Source of the DNA: an uncultured Muribaculaceae bacterium
GTDB taxonomy: Bacteria; Bacteroidota; Bacteroidia; Bacteroidales; Muribaculaceae
NCBI GenBank assembly: GCA_910586895.1
Contig: CAJUIW010000002.1
Location: 19,837 to 83,836 of the forward strand
Length of the DNA stretch: 64,000 nucleotides
Reading direction: 5' to 3'
Below, in pieces: positions 35,734 through 45,753 of the stretch. The translations under genes were made by a program, and so were the position numbers. Under the pieces are notes generated by a model. It was not told the origin of the DNA. It searched no databases and saw only the letters and a list, made by a program, of their open reading frames with translations. Each line of letters starts with the position of its first letter. The first letter of the stretch is position 1.

Positions 35734-37218
35734 CTACTTTTTCAGACTCCATTCAAAGCCGTCCTTTGTGTCCTTGACTGCAAATCCTATCTCCGACAGG
35801 CGGTCGCGGATCAGGTCGCTTGTGGCCCAGTCCTTGCGCGATTTAGCTTCGGAACGAATCTGCAGAAGCAGGTCAACGGCATCCTCAAACGGCTTTGTAG
35901 CCGAGCCGCCGTCTGTGCCGGCAATGTCGGTACGTATGCCGAGGATATCGCGCAGGAATGTATCAAACAGGCTCTGCAGGGCAGCTATATCATCGGCTGT
36001 GGCCTTGTCATGACCATCGTTGATACGGTTTACCATAGCTACGGCATCGAACAGGTGCGAAAGCAGGATAGGGGTGTTCAGGTCATCGTCAAGAGCCTCG
36101 TAGCAGCGCTTTTCGATATCAGCTACATTGACTGTTGAGCTGTCCGACGGTTTCAGTGACGCTATGCGGCGGTAGCCTTCGAGCATGCGTGTGAGTGCCT
36201 TTTCGGCTCCCTGGAGCGCCTCGTTGCTGAAATCAACCGTGCCACGGTAATGTGCCTGCAATATGAAGAAACGGATGGTCATAGGGGAGTAGGCCTGCTC
36301 CAGCAGCTTGTGTGAGCCGGTGAAGAACTCGTCGAGGGTTATGAAGTTGCCCAGCGATTTGCCCATCTTCTGACCATTGATGGTTATCATATTGTTGTGC
36401 ATCCAGTAGTGTACGGTATCATGGCCGTTGTGAGCCACTGACTGTGCTATCTCACATTCATGATGGGGGAATTTGAGGTCCATGCCTCCGCCATGTATGT
36501 CAAATGTCTCACCCAAGTATTTCTCACCCATGGTGGAGCACTCAAGGTGCCAGCCGGGGAATCCGTCGCTCCATGGTGAGGGCCAGCGCATTATATGCTC
36601 GGGCGATGCCTTTTTCCAGAGCGCGAAGTCGGCAGGATTGCGTTTCTCCTGCTGGCCGTCAAGCGAGCGGGTGGCTGAGAGCAACTCCTCGATATTGCGT
36701 CCCGAAAGCTTGCCGTAGTTGTGGTCACGGTTGTAGCGGGGCACATCGAAATACACTGATCCGTTGCTTTCATAGGCATAGCCGCTGTCAAGAATCTTCT
36801 TGATATACTCGATCTGCTCTATGATATGGCCTGATGCGTGCGGCTCAATGGAGGGGGGAAGCACGTTGAGCTCATCCATGGCATGGTGGTAGCGGTTGAG
36901 ATAGAACTGTACCACTTCCATCGGCTCAAGGCTCTCCAGGCGTGCTTTCTTGGCTATCTTGTCCTCACCTTCGTCAGCGTCATGCTCCAGATGGCCCACG
37001 TCGGTAATGTTGCGCACGTAGCGCACTTTGTAGCCTAAATGAGTCAGATAGCGGTAGAGAATGTCAAACGTTATGGCAGGACGGGCGTGGCCCAGATGGC
37101 CGTCGCCGTATACCGTAGGGCCGCATACGTACATCCCTACACGTCCTTCGTGTATAGGTTTGAACAGCTCTTTACGCCGGCTGAGTGAGTTATATATAGT
37201 AAAATTATTCGGTTTCAT
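35734..37218 (-). CDS. cysS: cysteine--tRNA ligase
   Basis: 494 aa. HLGHAR (HIGH) and KMGKS (KMSKS) class-I motifs, CysRS-like anticodon-binding C-terminus. Confidence 0.95.
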   Translation of the reverse strand: MKPNNFTIYNSLSRRKELFKPIHEGRVGMYVCGPTVYGDGHLGHARPAITFDILYRYLTHLGYKVRYVRNITDVGHLEHDADEGEDKIAKKARLESLEPMEVVQFYLNRYHHAMDELNVLPPSIEPHASGHIIEQIEYIKKILDSGYAYESNGSVYFDVPRYNRDHNYGKLSGRNIEELLSATRSLDGQQEKRNPADFALWKKASPEHIMRWPSPWSDGFPGWHLECSTMGEKYLGETFDIHGGGMDLKFPHHECEIAQSVAHNGHDTVHYWMHNNMITINGQKMGKSLGNFITLDEFFTGSHKLLEQAYSPMTIRFFILQAHYRGTVDFSNEALQGAEKALTRMLEGYRRIASLKPSDSSTVNVADIEKRCYEALDDDLNTPILLSHLFDAVAMVNRINDGHDKATADDIAALQSLFDTFLRDILGIRTDIAGTDGGSATKPFEDAVDLLLQIRSEAKSRKDWATSDLIRDRLSEIGFAVKDTKDGFEWSLKK

Positions 37219-37222
37219 CGGT

Positions 37223-37549
37223 TCAGGCTTTTCCGCCGGTCATGAAGGGGTTGGGTATTTCGCCGTTGTTGCCGTTAGGACGCTGGATGGGCTGCTTGTG
37301 GGTGATTTCGCCGAATGTGTTTTCGTACTTCTTCACGTTTTCCATCAGTGCGCCCAGGAGATTTTTGGCATTCTCGGGAGTCATGACGATACGGCTCTGC
37401 ACCTTAGCCTGAGGCATGTTGGGGGCCATGGTGATGAAGTCGAGGAAGAATTCGTTGGGGCCGTGTGAAATAACGGTGAAGTTAGAGTATGTTCCGCCGG
37501 CTACTTCGGGAGCCATTTCGATTTTTATTTCCTTATTTTGCTTTTCCAT
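37223..37549 (-). CDS. DUF3467-like small protein
   Basis: 108 aa. [18 protein letters not shown] pattern typical of DUF3467. Confidence 0.6.
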   Translation of the reverse strand: MEKQNKEIKIEMAPEVAGGTYSNFTVISHGPNEFFLDFITMAPNMPQAKVQSRIVMTPENAKNLLGALMENVKKYENTFGEITHKQPIQRPNGNNGEIPNPFMTGGKA

Positions 37550-37563
37550 AATTAATGATTTTT

Positions 37564-38238
37564 TTATTGTTTGTTAAATGTGAATACGTTGTTATAGGGG
37601 TTTGTGGCGTTTGCCACATGTATCTTCACTCCCTGCAGATCCTCGCGTTCCCATAGCTCGCTGATGTCAAACGATGCTGCGGTGCGGGTCATGTAGGCCG
37701 GTGCATCGCCTGTGGTGCTCCGTGTGCTCAGATATAGATCGGGGCATGATGAGCTGATAGTTGACATGTCAGGAATCAGATAGAACGTGCGGGTGGTGGA
37801 GTTGGCCACCTGAGCGAACATGTTGATGTAGCTTCCGGAGCGCCAGAGGGTAGTTATGGCTATCGGTTCGTTGTCCCAGCCGTCAAGTGTGCCGGGGTCA
37901 AGCAGATTGAGCTCAACGTTGTATATCTTGCTCAGTGCGCGTACGTTTACGGCTCCGCTCTCACCGTAATCCTGCCCGTCGGCGGGGGAGTAGGTGAGCA
38001 TCAGGCGTGTGCCGGGAGGTGTGGTTTTTGTATCGATGGATCCGGGGGCGTAGAGCATCACGGCAGGGGAGTCGTCCACCACCTGAAACTCGAAGCTTAC
38101 GCGGTTGGACTCGCTTGATGTGAAGGTGACAATATCCTGATAGATGTTTACCGTAGGTATATCCTTACTGCTGTCCGAGCATGATGCAAGGACAATGAGT
38201 GCTGTCAGTAGGGACGTTATGCGTGTTATGGTATTCAT
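37564..38238 (-). CDS. lipoprotein (NigD-like suspected)
   Basis: Lipobox LASCSD after a signal peptide. Weak resemblance to NigD-like proteins, so the family call is tentative. Confidence 0.55.
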   Translation of the reverse strand: MNTITRITSLLTALIVLASCSDSSKDIPTVNIYQDIVTFTSSESNRVSFEFQVVDDSPAVMLYAPGSIDTKTTPPGTRLMLTYSPADGQDYGESGAVNVRALSKIYNVELNLLDPGTLDGWDNEPIAITTLWRSGSYINMFAQVANSTTRTFYLIPDMSTISSSCPDLYLSTRSTTGDAPAYMTRTAASFDISELWEREDLQGVKIHVANATNPYNNVFTFNKQ

Positions 38239-38247
38239 TATCAGTAT

Positions 38248-38925
38248 CTACGATATGCCGGTGTTGGTGTCAATGCCTGTTATCATGCCGTCGCGCATGG
38301 TCACGCGGCGGTCGGCCTGCAGGGCCAGTTGTTCGTCATGTGTCACTATCACGAAGGTGTGTCCCATGTCGCGGCGCAGATTGAAGAAGAGCCGGTGAAG
38401 CTCTTCGCGGTTGTGCGAATCGAGGCTTCCGGAGGGCTCGTCGGCGAGCACCACACGTGGATTGTTGATCAGAGCACGTGCCACTGCGGCGCGCTGCCTC
38501 TCCCCACCCGACAGCTGTGCCGGACGGTGGGCAGCACGGTCGGAAAGTCCCAGATAGTCAATCAGCTTGGCGGCGCGGGCCATGGCGTCGGAGCGCGAAG
38601 CGCCTCCTATCATGGCCGGAAGTGCCACATTTTCAGCCATCGTGAATTCTGGCAGCAGCTGGTGAAACTGAAACACGAATCCTATATGGGTGTTGCGGAA
38701 CTGGGCCAGCTTGTTGTCCGACAGGCGGAATATGTCAGTGCCGTCAAACTTTACCGAGCCGCTGTCCGGGCGATCAAGTGATCCCGCTATCTGGAGCATG
38801 GTGGTTTTACCGGCTCCGCTCGGGCCTACTACGGATACTATCTCACCCTGACCTATGTCGAGGTCAATGCCGCGGAGCACCTGCAGTCCGTCGAAGCTCT
38901 TGGTTATGCCACGTAACTCTATCAT
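38248..38925 (-). CDS. lolD: lipoprotein-releasing ABC transporter ATP-binding protein
   Basis: Walker [10 protein letters not shown], signature LSGGERQR, Walker B VVLADEP. The ATG at 38925 is preferred over the TTG at 38940 because a -7 box (38930-37) sits upstream of it. Confidence 0.88.
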   Translation of the reverse strand: MIELRGITKSFDGLQVLRGIDLDIGQGEIVSVVGPSGAGKTTMLQIAGSLDRPDSGSVKFDGTDIFRLSDNKLAQFRNTHIGFVFQFHQLLPEFTMAENVALPAMIGGASRSDAMARAAKLIDYLGLSDRAAHRPAQLSGGERQRAAVARALINNPRVVLADEPSGSLDSHNREELHRLFFNLRRDMGHTFVIVTHDEQLALQADRRVTMRDGMITGIDTNTGIS

Positions 38926-38949
38926 ATCACAAAAGTACAAAAAATCCGC

Positions 38950-40614
38950 TCAATACTTGAATGAGCTGCCTCCTAAAAATTCGCGTATAAGCGATGTGGA
39001 GGGTATGAATTCCTCGCTGATGGGGGAGAAATAGCTCAGGAAGGTGCGAAGGCGCGACGCTTCGGCATGTTCCGGCATGTCATGCGGCACACGTTTCAGG
39101 ATATCCTCGCCGCGCTCTTTCATCACGCCAAGTTCAAACAGCAGCGATGAATTGAACGTGGAGTCGGCATTTTCCTGATAGGGGAATATCCAGCGTTCCT
39201 CACCACGGCGCACGCTCGGCCATCGGCGTATGGTGGAGGCTGCATCGGTGCCGCGGTATTTGGCATCGCGTATTATGCGGCGCAGCAGGCGGTTGTCAGT
39301 CGTCGGTATCCAGTTGTGGTCATCGATCGATATTGTGGTCAGAGCTGATACATACACGCGGTATTTCATGTCATGCGGCACCTGTTCGGTCAATTCCGGG
39401 TTCAGCCCGTGGATACCCTCTATCAGCAGTATGGAGCGGTCGCCGAGCTTGATGCGGTTGCCGCGGTACTCACGTTCGCCGGTGGCGAAGTTGTAATAGG
39501 GGAGTTCGACTTCCTCACCGTTGATGAGCGCATTGAGGTCCTTGTTGAACTGCTTGATATCAAGGGCATAGAGCGATTCGTAGTCATATTCGCCTGACTC
39601 GTCGCGCGGCGTGTGGGCGCGGTCCACGAAGTAGTCGTCAAGCGATATCATCTGAGGCTCTATCAGGTTGGTTATAAGGTGAATGGCAAGGCGTTTGGTG
39701 AACGTGGTCTTGCCTGACGACGATGGGCCGGCAATCAGCACTACCCTCGCGCCCCCCTGCCGGAACCGTTCGGTGATGGCATCGGCTATGGTGGATATAC
39801 GTTTGTCATGCAGCGCCTCGCTGACGTTGATAAGCATTGCTGAGCGCCCTTCATTGACAGCGCGGTTCAACTCCCCTACATCGCGCACACCAACTATGCG
39901 GTTGAATGCCAGGTAGTCAGTGAATGCGCGGTACATCTTCTCCTGAGTTATATGCTGTGGCGGCACATCGGGGTTGGCCATGTCAAATCCGGTGAGCAGG
40001 AATCCCTCCTTGTAGCGGCGCAGGTCGAAGGTGCGGAGCAGTCCGGTAGATGGTGCCAAGGCGCCGTAATAGCTGTCGGCAAGGCCGCCAAGACGGTAGA
40101 ACACCGTGTAGAGTTCGTGGCGGGTGGATAGCAGAGTCACTTTATCTTCAAGTCCCTGGCTGCGGAATATGTCAATCACATCCTTGGTGAGCATCTCGTG
40201 GCGTTCGAAGCGCATGTCGCTGCGGATTATGGCAGCCATGTGTGCGCGTATGCGTTCCACATCGGCCTCGTCGGGTTCGAAGTCGATAAGACGGCAGTAG
40301 TAACCGCGTGATATCGAATGCTCTATTCGGAGCGTGACGCCGGGCATAAGATCATGCACGGCCTTGTAGAGCACCATGCAGAGCGAGCGTATGTAGCAGC
40401 GCTGTCCGGAGTCGGAGGTGATGGGGAGGAATTCCACTACTTTCGGGGCATAGACAGGAAAGTTGAGGTCCTCGGTTTTATTGTTGACGCGGGCGCATAT
40501 CGGGGTGAACGGTAGCTGGGCTGATATGCGGAAGTAGATGTCCAGCAGGGTGTCACCTCCGCTGGCATCAATGTACCGGTCAAGGTTCTTGCAGTATATT
40601 TTAAGTGTTCTCAT
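38950..40614 (-). CDS. uridine-kinase-family nucleoside kinase with N-terminal TGS-like extension
   Basis: 554 aa. P-loop GPSSSGKTTF and PRK/uridine-kinase-like core in the C-terminal half. Confidence 0.78.
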   Translation of the reverse strand: MRTLKIYCKNLDRYIDASGGDTLLDIYFRISAQLPFTPICARVNNKTEDLNFPVYAPKVVEFLPITSDSGQRCYIRSLCMVLYKAVHDLMPGVTLRIEHSISRGYYCRLIDFEPDEADVERIRAHMAAIIRSDMRFERHEMLTKDVIDIFRSQGLEDKVTLLSTRHELYTVFYRLGGLADSYYGALAPSTGLLRTFDLRRYKEGFLLTGFDMANPDVPPQHITQEKMYRAFTDYLAFNRIVGVRDVGELNRAVNEGRSAMLINVSEALHDKRISTIADAITERFRQGGARVVLIAGPSSSGKTTFTKRLAIHLITNLIEPQMISLDDYFVDRAHTPRDESGEYDYESLYALDIKQFNKDLNALINGEEVELPYYNFATGEREYRGNRIKLGDRSILLIEGIHGLNPELTEQVPHDMKYRVYVSALTTISIDDHNWIPTTDNRLLRRIIRDAKYRGTDAASTIRRWPSVRRGEERWIFPYQENADSTFNSSLLFELGVMKERGEDILKRVPHDMPEHAEASRLRTFLSYFSPISEEFIPSTSLIREFLGGSSFKY

Positions 40615-40615
40615 A

Positions 40616-41368
40616 TTATTTGAAGATATCTTTTATGCGATGTCGTATACGCCTTGAGCGTTCAAAATGTTCAAGTCCTTTCTGTACTTCCCGGATTGTT
40701 GACTCCGGGTTGCGCCCGGTTAGCAGCGCATATTCGCGGGTCAGGGCTTCCGATAGGGGTCGGATATGGGTCAGGCGCACCAGATTGGTTATTATCTCGC
40801 TGTGGCTGAGATGCTTTTTGAACTTGCTACGGTTGGTGTCAATCAGCTCGAATACAGGTGGATTGACTGACGTATCGACAAGGATATTTGTAAGGTTGGG
40901 GTCGCCGTGCAGTATGCCCCTGTCATGTAGCGTGGCTATGAAGGCGGCGGTGCTCTTCACCAGCGGAAGGTCAATCCGGGTTTTGCCGTCCATCTTGTCA
41001 TGTAGCGATTCAAGCGGTGTGAACGCGCTTATGAAATAGCTCTCGGCCAACAGCCCTCCGCGGTACAGCTCTATGCAGGCTATCCCTTCCGGAGTGCGTA
41101 TGCCGGAGCTGATAAGCCGTGAGGCATATTCATACGCTCTCAGAGCCTTGCTTTTGCGGAAAAAGGTATAGACCACGCGCTGAAACAGCCTTGGAATACG
41201 ATAGCTTTTCACCACTATAGGTGCTCCATCAGGCGTGGGGTGGAATATCTTGACGCGGTTACGGGCATCATATATCGTATTCCCCTCTTCGCTGAACCGC
41301 GAGGGGAGTGCTTCTATGAATGCCGTGAGGTCGCTGTATTTTTCGTTGATTCTGATATGCTGTTTCAT
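40616..41368 (-). CDS. lipopolysaccharide kinase (InaA/Kdo-kinase-like) family protein
   Basis: Protein-kinase-like fold (ILHGDPNLTNIL catalytic loop, ELIDTNR). It sits next to the LPS-core glycosyltransferases. The start is set at the ATG overlapping the upstream stop. Confidence 0.75.
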   Translation of the reverse strand: MKQHIRINEKYSDLTAFIEALPSRFSEEGNTIYDARNRVKIFHPTPDGAPIVVKSYRIPRLFQRVVYTFFRKSKALRAYEYASRLISSGIRTPEGIACIELYRGGLLAESYFISAFTPLESLHDKMDGKTRIDLPLVKSTAAFIATLHDRGILHGDPNLTNILVDTSVNPPVFELIDTNRSKFKKHLSHSEIITNLVRLTHIRPLSEALTREYALLTGRNPESTIREVQKGLEHFERSRRIRHRIKDIFK

Positions 41369-42432
41369 CAGCGGTTGAAAAGTGATGAATACATGGCCAT
41401 CATGCTTGCACCATACGTATCGAAGGCGCATTTGTCGGCTCTGTTTTCCTTCTGCTCAGCACGGTGTGTGTAGGCGTCCCTTATCGCACCGGCCAGACTC
41501 TCGGCATCGCCCGGTGTGAAGAATGTTGTAGTGGCTTCAGATAGCATTTCATGGTGCTGCGGCAGGTCCGAGGCTATGGCACGCAGTCCGTAGGTGGCGG
41601 CTGCTGTGGTGAGCCAGCGGTACATGGTCGCCGATTTGTCAGGCAGGATAATGGCATCGGCGCTTTCCACTACTGTATCAGGCAGTGAGATAGGGCCGCG
41701 CCAGTCAATGCGGTCGGCCACGCCTAAGGTGCGTGATGCTTTGACTACCGGCATCACTACCGGGCCCTGCCCCTGCCCTGCCACTACAAGACGCAGAGGC
41801 AGATCCTTGCATAGACCTATGGCTTTCACAAGGGTGTCAATGCCTGATTCAGGATTGAGGTTTCCGGCAAAGACAAGAGAGAACAGCTCCGGGTCCTTTA
41901 CCGGCTGAATGGCGCTGTCGCCCGACAGATATTCTGTGGCGGGATGGATTACATGCATCTTCTCCTGAGCTACTCCCGGTGAGGTGGATGCAAATGTCTG
42001 CATTGAGTCCGATGTGGGAAACACCATGGCATCCAAATCGTTATATATCGCCGATGCTGAAACACCTTTCTTGCCCGCGGAGGTGATGTGGCGTGTCAGA
42101 ACTATCTTGACATTGGAGCCATCGGTAAGTGTGCGGGCGCGGGAAGCGATGACGGCATCAGCGAAGCGGTGGACATGTATCACCGTAGGGGTGTCCTTGG
42201 CCTCGCGTAGGAGCTTGGCTATCCTTACCGGACTGATTACGTCAAGATTGCCCAGCAGCGGAGCTGTTACGGATGTGATGTTTGAAAGCTTCAGGCGTGA
42301 GCGTATTTCATCTGAATTGCGGCATACGGCTGTCACCTTATGCCCTGCCGTCTGCATGGCGCGGCATAGGTCAAGGGCATAGCGTTCGCTCGGTTCCCAG
42401 TGATTGTTGGATATGATATGTATGATGTTCAT
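41368..42432 (-). CDS. glycosyltransferase family 4 (GT-B)
   Basis: GT-B architecture with a C-terminal EX7E-like region. Start trimmed to MNIIHIISN. Confidence 0.78.
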   Translation of the reverse strand: MNIIHIISNNHWEPSERYALDLCRAMQTAGHKVTAVCRNSDEIRSRLKLSNITSVTAPLLGNLDVISPVRIAKLLREAKDTPTVIHVHRFADAVIASRARTLTDGSNVKIVLTRHITSAGKKGVSASAIYNDLDAMVFPTSDSMQTFASTSPGVAQEKMHVIHPATEYLSGDSAIQPVKDPELFSLVFAGNLNPESGIDTLVKAIGLCKDLPLRLVVAGQGQGPVVMPVVKASRTLGVADRIDWRGPISLPDTVVESADAIILPDKSATMYRWLTTAAATYGLRAIASDLPQHHEMLSEATTTFFTPGDAESLAGAIRDAYTHRAEQKENRADKCAFDTYGASMMAMYSSLFNR

Positions 42433-42445
42433 TGTCAATTGTTTT

Positions 42446-43210
42446 TTATCGGTCGTTTTTCTTGCGGAGAGCCCGTGCTTTTGACCATGCAATGCGTGCG
42501 CAGCGGTATTTTTCGCTGGCAATGGCAAGCCCTGTCAGTCCGTCGGATATCCCCTGTTTGGTAATATAGCAGTGCATGAATTCACGCACTCCGTGAATCA
42601 GCGGGCTGACTGAGGTGATACGGGTACGCGACGCGGCCAGGACGTTGGCTCTCATATCGGCATGCGTACGCTCCTTCCGGGTGTATTCAGTAGGGGTATC
42701 ACACCGGTAGTGAAGGATATCTCCATCGATGATGCAGGGGCGCACTGAATCGCGGAATATCACCCGCTCGGCAACATCGCGCAGGTTCCAGTTGGCATAG
42801 CGCTTGTCGAACAGGCGTATCTGCACATCGGGGTACCAGCCGCAGTGATGCACCGGTCGGCCGCAGTAGAAGTTGAGGCGCGACATCGCGTATATCCTGT
42901 GCGTGAATCCCTCCTCTTTCAGCTTAATTATTGACTGGGCCAGCCTGGGCGACAGCACTTCATCGGCATCTATTGACAGCACGTAGCTGTGGGTGGTCAG
43001 TGAGGTGGCGTACTGACGCTGGGCACCGAATCCTTTCAGATGCCGTTGTGTCACATGACAGCCATATTCGCGGCATATATCCACGGTACGGTCCGTTGAG
43101 AAAGAGTCAACCACAATAATCTCCTCAGCCACACCGGCGAGTGATTTCAGGCACTCCTCTATGCGGGCTTCCTCGTTATAGGTCAATATTGTTGCAGATA
43201 TGGCTTTCAT
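42446..43210 (-). CDS. glycosyltransferase family 2
   Basis: SATILTYNEE .. VVDSFSTD .. DADE (DxD): GT-A fold motifs. Confidence 0.85.
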   Translation of the reverse strand: MKAISATILTYNEEARIEECLKSLAGVAEEIIVVDSFSTDRTVDICREYGCHVTQRHLKGFGAQRQYATSLTTHSYVLSIDADEVLSPRLAQSIIKLKEEGFTHRIYAMSRLNFYCGRPVHHCGWYPDVQIRLFDKRYANWNLRDVAERVIFRDSVRPCIIDGDILHYRCDTPTEYTRKERTHADMRANVLAASRTRITSVSPLIHGVREFMHCYITKQGISDGLTGLAIASEKYRCARIAWSKARALRKKNDR

Positions 43211-43254
43211 AATATGGTATTACGGCATATAATGGCAAAAGTAGCAAATATTTA

Positions 43255-43974
43255 TTATTTACCGCGCAATTTGGCAATTATATACGTGGGGAGCAGGTGC
43301 AATATGAATTGGGCGCCGTGCAGGGGACCGTCAGTTTCGAGTATCACGCGCATATTGTCGGCCAGCCCGGCGGAGCGGCGGGTGTTTGACACTCCCCCGG
43401 TATCGAATATGGCCACCGGTATGTCGGTACGGTGAAACTGTGCTCCGGCACGCATCAGTGTCTTGAAGAATTTGAAGTCGGCTGACAGGCGATGTCTGAT
43501 ATCGAAAGGATATTTCAAGAGCAATTCCCGTCGGCACATGACGCTCTGATGGCAGAATATCATGCGGTGCGAATTGCGGGGTTTGGCGGCCGGATAGGTC
43601 ACCGGTGTGCCGTCGGGCGCGAGTTTTATCACTGAGCCATACACTACGTCATCCCCTTCGGCTATGCTCTGCATTAGCCGGGAGGCTGTGTCGGGTGTGG
43701 CGAATCGGTCGCCGGCGTTCATGAAAATAATCCACTCGCCGGTGGCAAGACGGGCTCCCTTGTTCATGGCATCGTAGATGCCCCGGTCAGGTTCTGAAAG
43801 TCGTATGTCGATGGCCGGGTTTGTCCTGACAATATCTGCCGTTTCATCGGTTGAGGCACCGTCGATCACCACGTATTCAATATCAGTATAGTCCTGCCGG
43901 GCCACGCTTTCGATGGTTGTACGGAGCGCATCGGCGCAGTTGCGGCATACGGTTACGATGCTCAGGCGTTGCAT
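43255..43974 (-). CDS. glycosyltransferase family 2
   Basis: SIVTVCRN .. IDGASTD .. NAGD: GT-A fold motifs. Confidence 0.85.
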   Translation of the reverse strand: MQRLSIVTVCRNCADALRTTIESVARQDYTDIEYVVIDGASTDETADIVRTNPAIDIRLSEPDRGIYDAMNKGARLATGEWIIFMNAGDRFATPDTASRLMQSIAEGDDVVYGSVIKLAPDGTPVTYPAAKPRNSHRMIFCHQSVMCRRELLLKYPFDIRHRLSADFKFFKTLMRAGAQFHRTDIPVAIFDTGGVSNTRRSAGLADNMRVILETDGPLHGAQFILHLLPTYIIAKLRGK

Positions 43975-45047
43975 AGTGTGCGGTATACGTTAGCGGTTTG
44001 ACAAGCGGTTTTCTCCCACGAGTACTCTTTAAGTTTCTGAGCGGCTGTTGAAGTAAGTTCGGTCCGGTAGGCGGTGTCGGTGAGCACGCGTTCAATTGTG
44101 GCTGCCATATCTTCAGGTTCGGTAGGATTGAAGTAGGCTCCCGCGCTGCCTGCTATCTCAGGCATGCAGGAGGTATTGCTGAGAGCCACGGGGCAGTTGG
44201 CGGCGAAAGCCTCCAGTATCGGCATACCGAATCCTTCCATCAGCGAGGGGAGCACGAAGCACTCGGCATTGGCATAGAGTGAGTGCATCTGGTCCGTTCC
44301 GAACATCTGTTGGACTACCCGTCCGGTAAGGCCTGCGGCAGCAATCTCCGTTCGTTCATCTTTGGTGAGCGGGCGACCCGTACATACGAGCTTCAGGTCG
44401 GGATAGCGTGGGGCGAGGATGGCGAATGCTTTTATGAGAGTAGCGAAGTTCTTGTAGAGGTTTCTTTCGCCCACATATAATATATAGGGGCCAAGGTGGG
44501 GTAGGGGAGAGGAGGCGATGGCGGAGGCTGGGGTGTATCCGTGATGGACCACTGTGATTTTGCGTTCATCGATTCCGTAGATCTCCATGACGTCGCGCTT
44601 AGTGGATTCGCTTATGGCTATGATGGCGTCGGCACCTTTGACACATTGCTCCATTACCAGCATATTCCGGTGGCGCGGTTGTGAGGGGCGGTGTGTTTTT
44701 TCAAGAATCAGGTCGTGCACTGTCACAACATAAGGCTTTCGGTTTCGCCCTGTAAGATATGTGTTGTAGTCCGTGGGGTGCATCACATCATAGTCGCCGC
44801 GTTTCATTATCCGGGCATCAAACCGGTGATTGATGATTCGGGCGAGGTGTTTGTGGTCAGGGATTCCACGGAGTGTCACATGGCGGCGCGGATGTTTCAG
44901 CGAAGGGAGGTATATGTTGTCGCTGGCACGAAGTCCCAGTATCGGTTCGACATCGTCCGGCAGATGGTTGATCAGCTCAACGATGTAGCGTGATATTCCA
45001 CCGAAGGTCTGTCGTGAAAAAATTGTGCTGTCATAGAAAATCTTCAT
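43962..45047 (-). CDS. glycosyltransferase family 4 (GT-B)
   Basis: C-terminal FVLPSLMEGFGMPILEA motif. Start trimmed to MKIFYDSTIF. Confidence 0.85.
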   Translation of the reverse strand: MKIFYDSTIFSRQTFGGISRYIVELINHLPDDVEPILGLRASDNIYLPSLKHPRRHVTLRGIPDHKHLARIINHRFDARIMKRGDYDVMHPTDYNTYLTGRNRKPYVVTVHDLILEKTHRPSQPRHRNMLVMEQCVKGADAIIAISESTKRDVMEIYGIDERKITVVHHGYTPASAIASSPLPHLGPYILYVGERNLYKNFATLIKAFAILAPRYPDLKLVCTGRPLTKDERTEIAAAGLTGRVVQQMFGTDQMHSLYANAECFVLPSLMEGFGMPILEAFAANCPVALSNTSCMPEIAGSAGAYFNPTEPEDMAATIERVLTDTAYRTELTSTAAQKLKEYSWEKTACQTANVYRTLCNA

Positions 45048-45284
45048 AGTATGCAAAAATACGAATAAGTTGAGAGCAAAACCAAATCTTGTTTGAGTTT
45101 TGCCTTGGTCAGAATCGAAAATTCGGCACATCTGTGCGGATTGCTGTTGAATTTTCAATTCTCAGAGGGATAAATTTTGCTCTTTTTATTGAAATATAGG
45201 GGTTTGAGCCTATTTTTGGCCTTCGTGAAAATATTTGAAATAGCTCGCGGAGGTTGTTGAGTTGCATAGAACGTGCGGAATTAC

Positions 45285-45292
45285 TATTTTTG
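45285..45292 (+). promoter_or_regulatory. -7 promoter box (TAttTTTG) for ybeY
   Basis: Exact TAnnTTTG, 10 nt upstream of the ATG at 45302. Confidence 0.45.
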
Positions 45293-45301
45293 TATGTGAT
45301 T

Positions 45302-45733
45302 ATGAACAGACAGAGTATAAACTGGTATGCCGAACAACCGGCAGTGATGCCTGACATCGATAGGAGCGCTACCGAGAGGTGGCTCTGCGAAGTTGCGGCC
45401 GCGCATGGCTTCCGTATCGGAGTCATGAACTATATATTCTGCGACGATGAAAAAATACTGGAGGTCAACCGCCAGTTTATCAATCACGACTATTATACCG
45501 ACATCATAACATTCGACTACTCACGCGGAGATGTAGTGAGTGGCGATATATATATATCACTTGATACTGTGGCTACCAATGCCTCGGCATACGCGCCTGA
45601 CTACCGTAGGGAACTGTTCAGGGTCATAGCGCACGGACTTCTGCATCTGTGCGGTATTGACGACAAGGGTCCCGGAGAACGTGAAATAATGGAGCGCAAC
45701 GAGGACGAGGCTTTGGCTATGCTTGACAAGTAG
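45302..45733 (+). CDS. ybeY: rRNA maturation endoribonuclease YbeY
   Basis: HGLLHLCGIDD zinc-binding motif. Start chosen downstream of the -7 box. Confidence 0.9.
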   Translation: MNRQSINWYAEQPAVMPDIDRSATERWLCEVAAAHGFRIGVMNYIFCDDEKILEVNRQFINHDYYTDIITFDYSRGDVVSGDIYISLDTVATNASAYAPDYRRELFRVIAHGLLHLCGIDDKGPGEREIMERNEDEALAMLDK

Positions 45734-45753
45734 TTGGTAATCAAAGAAATAAT

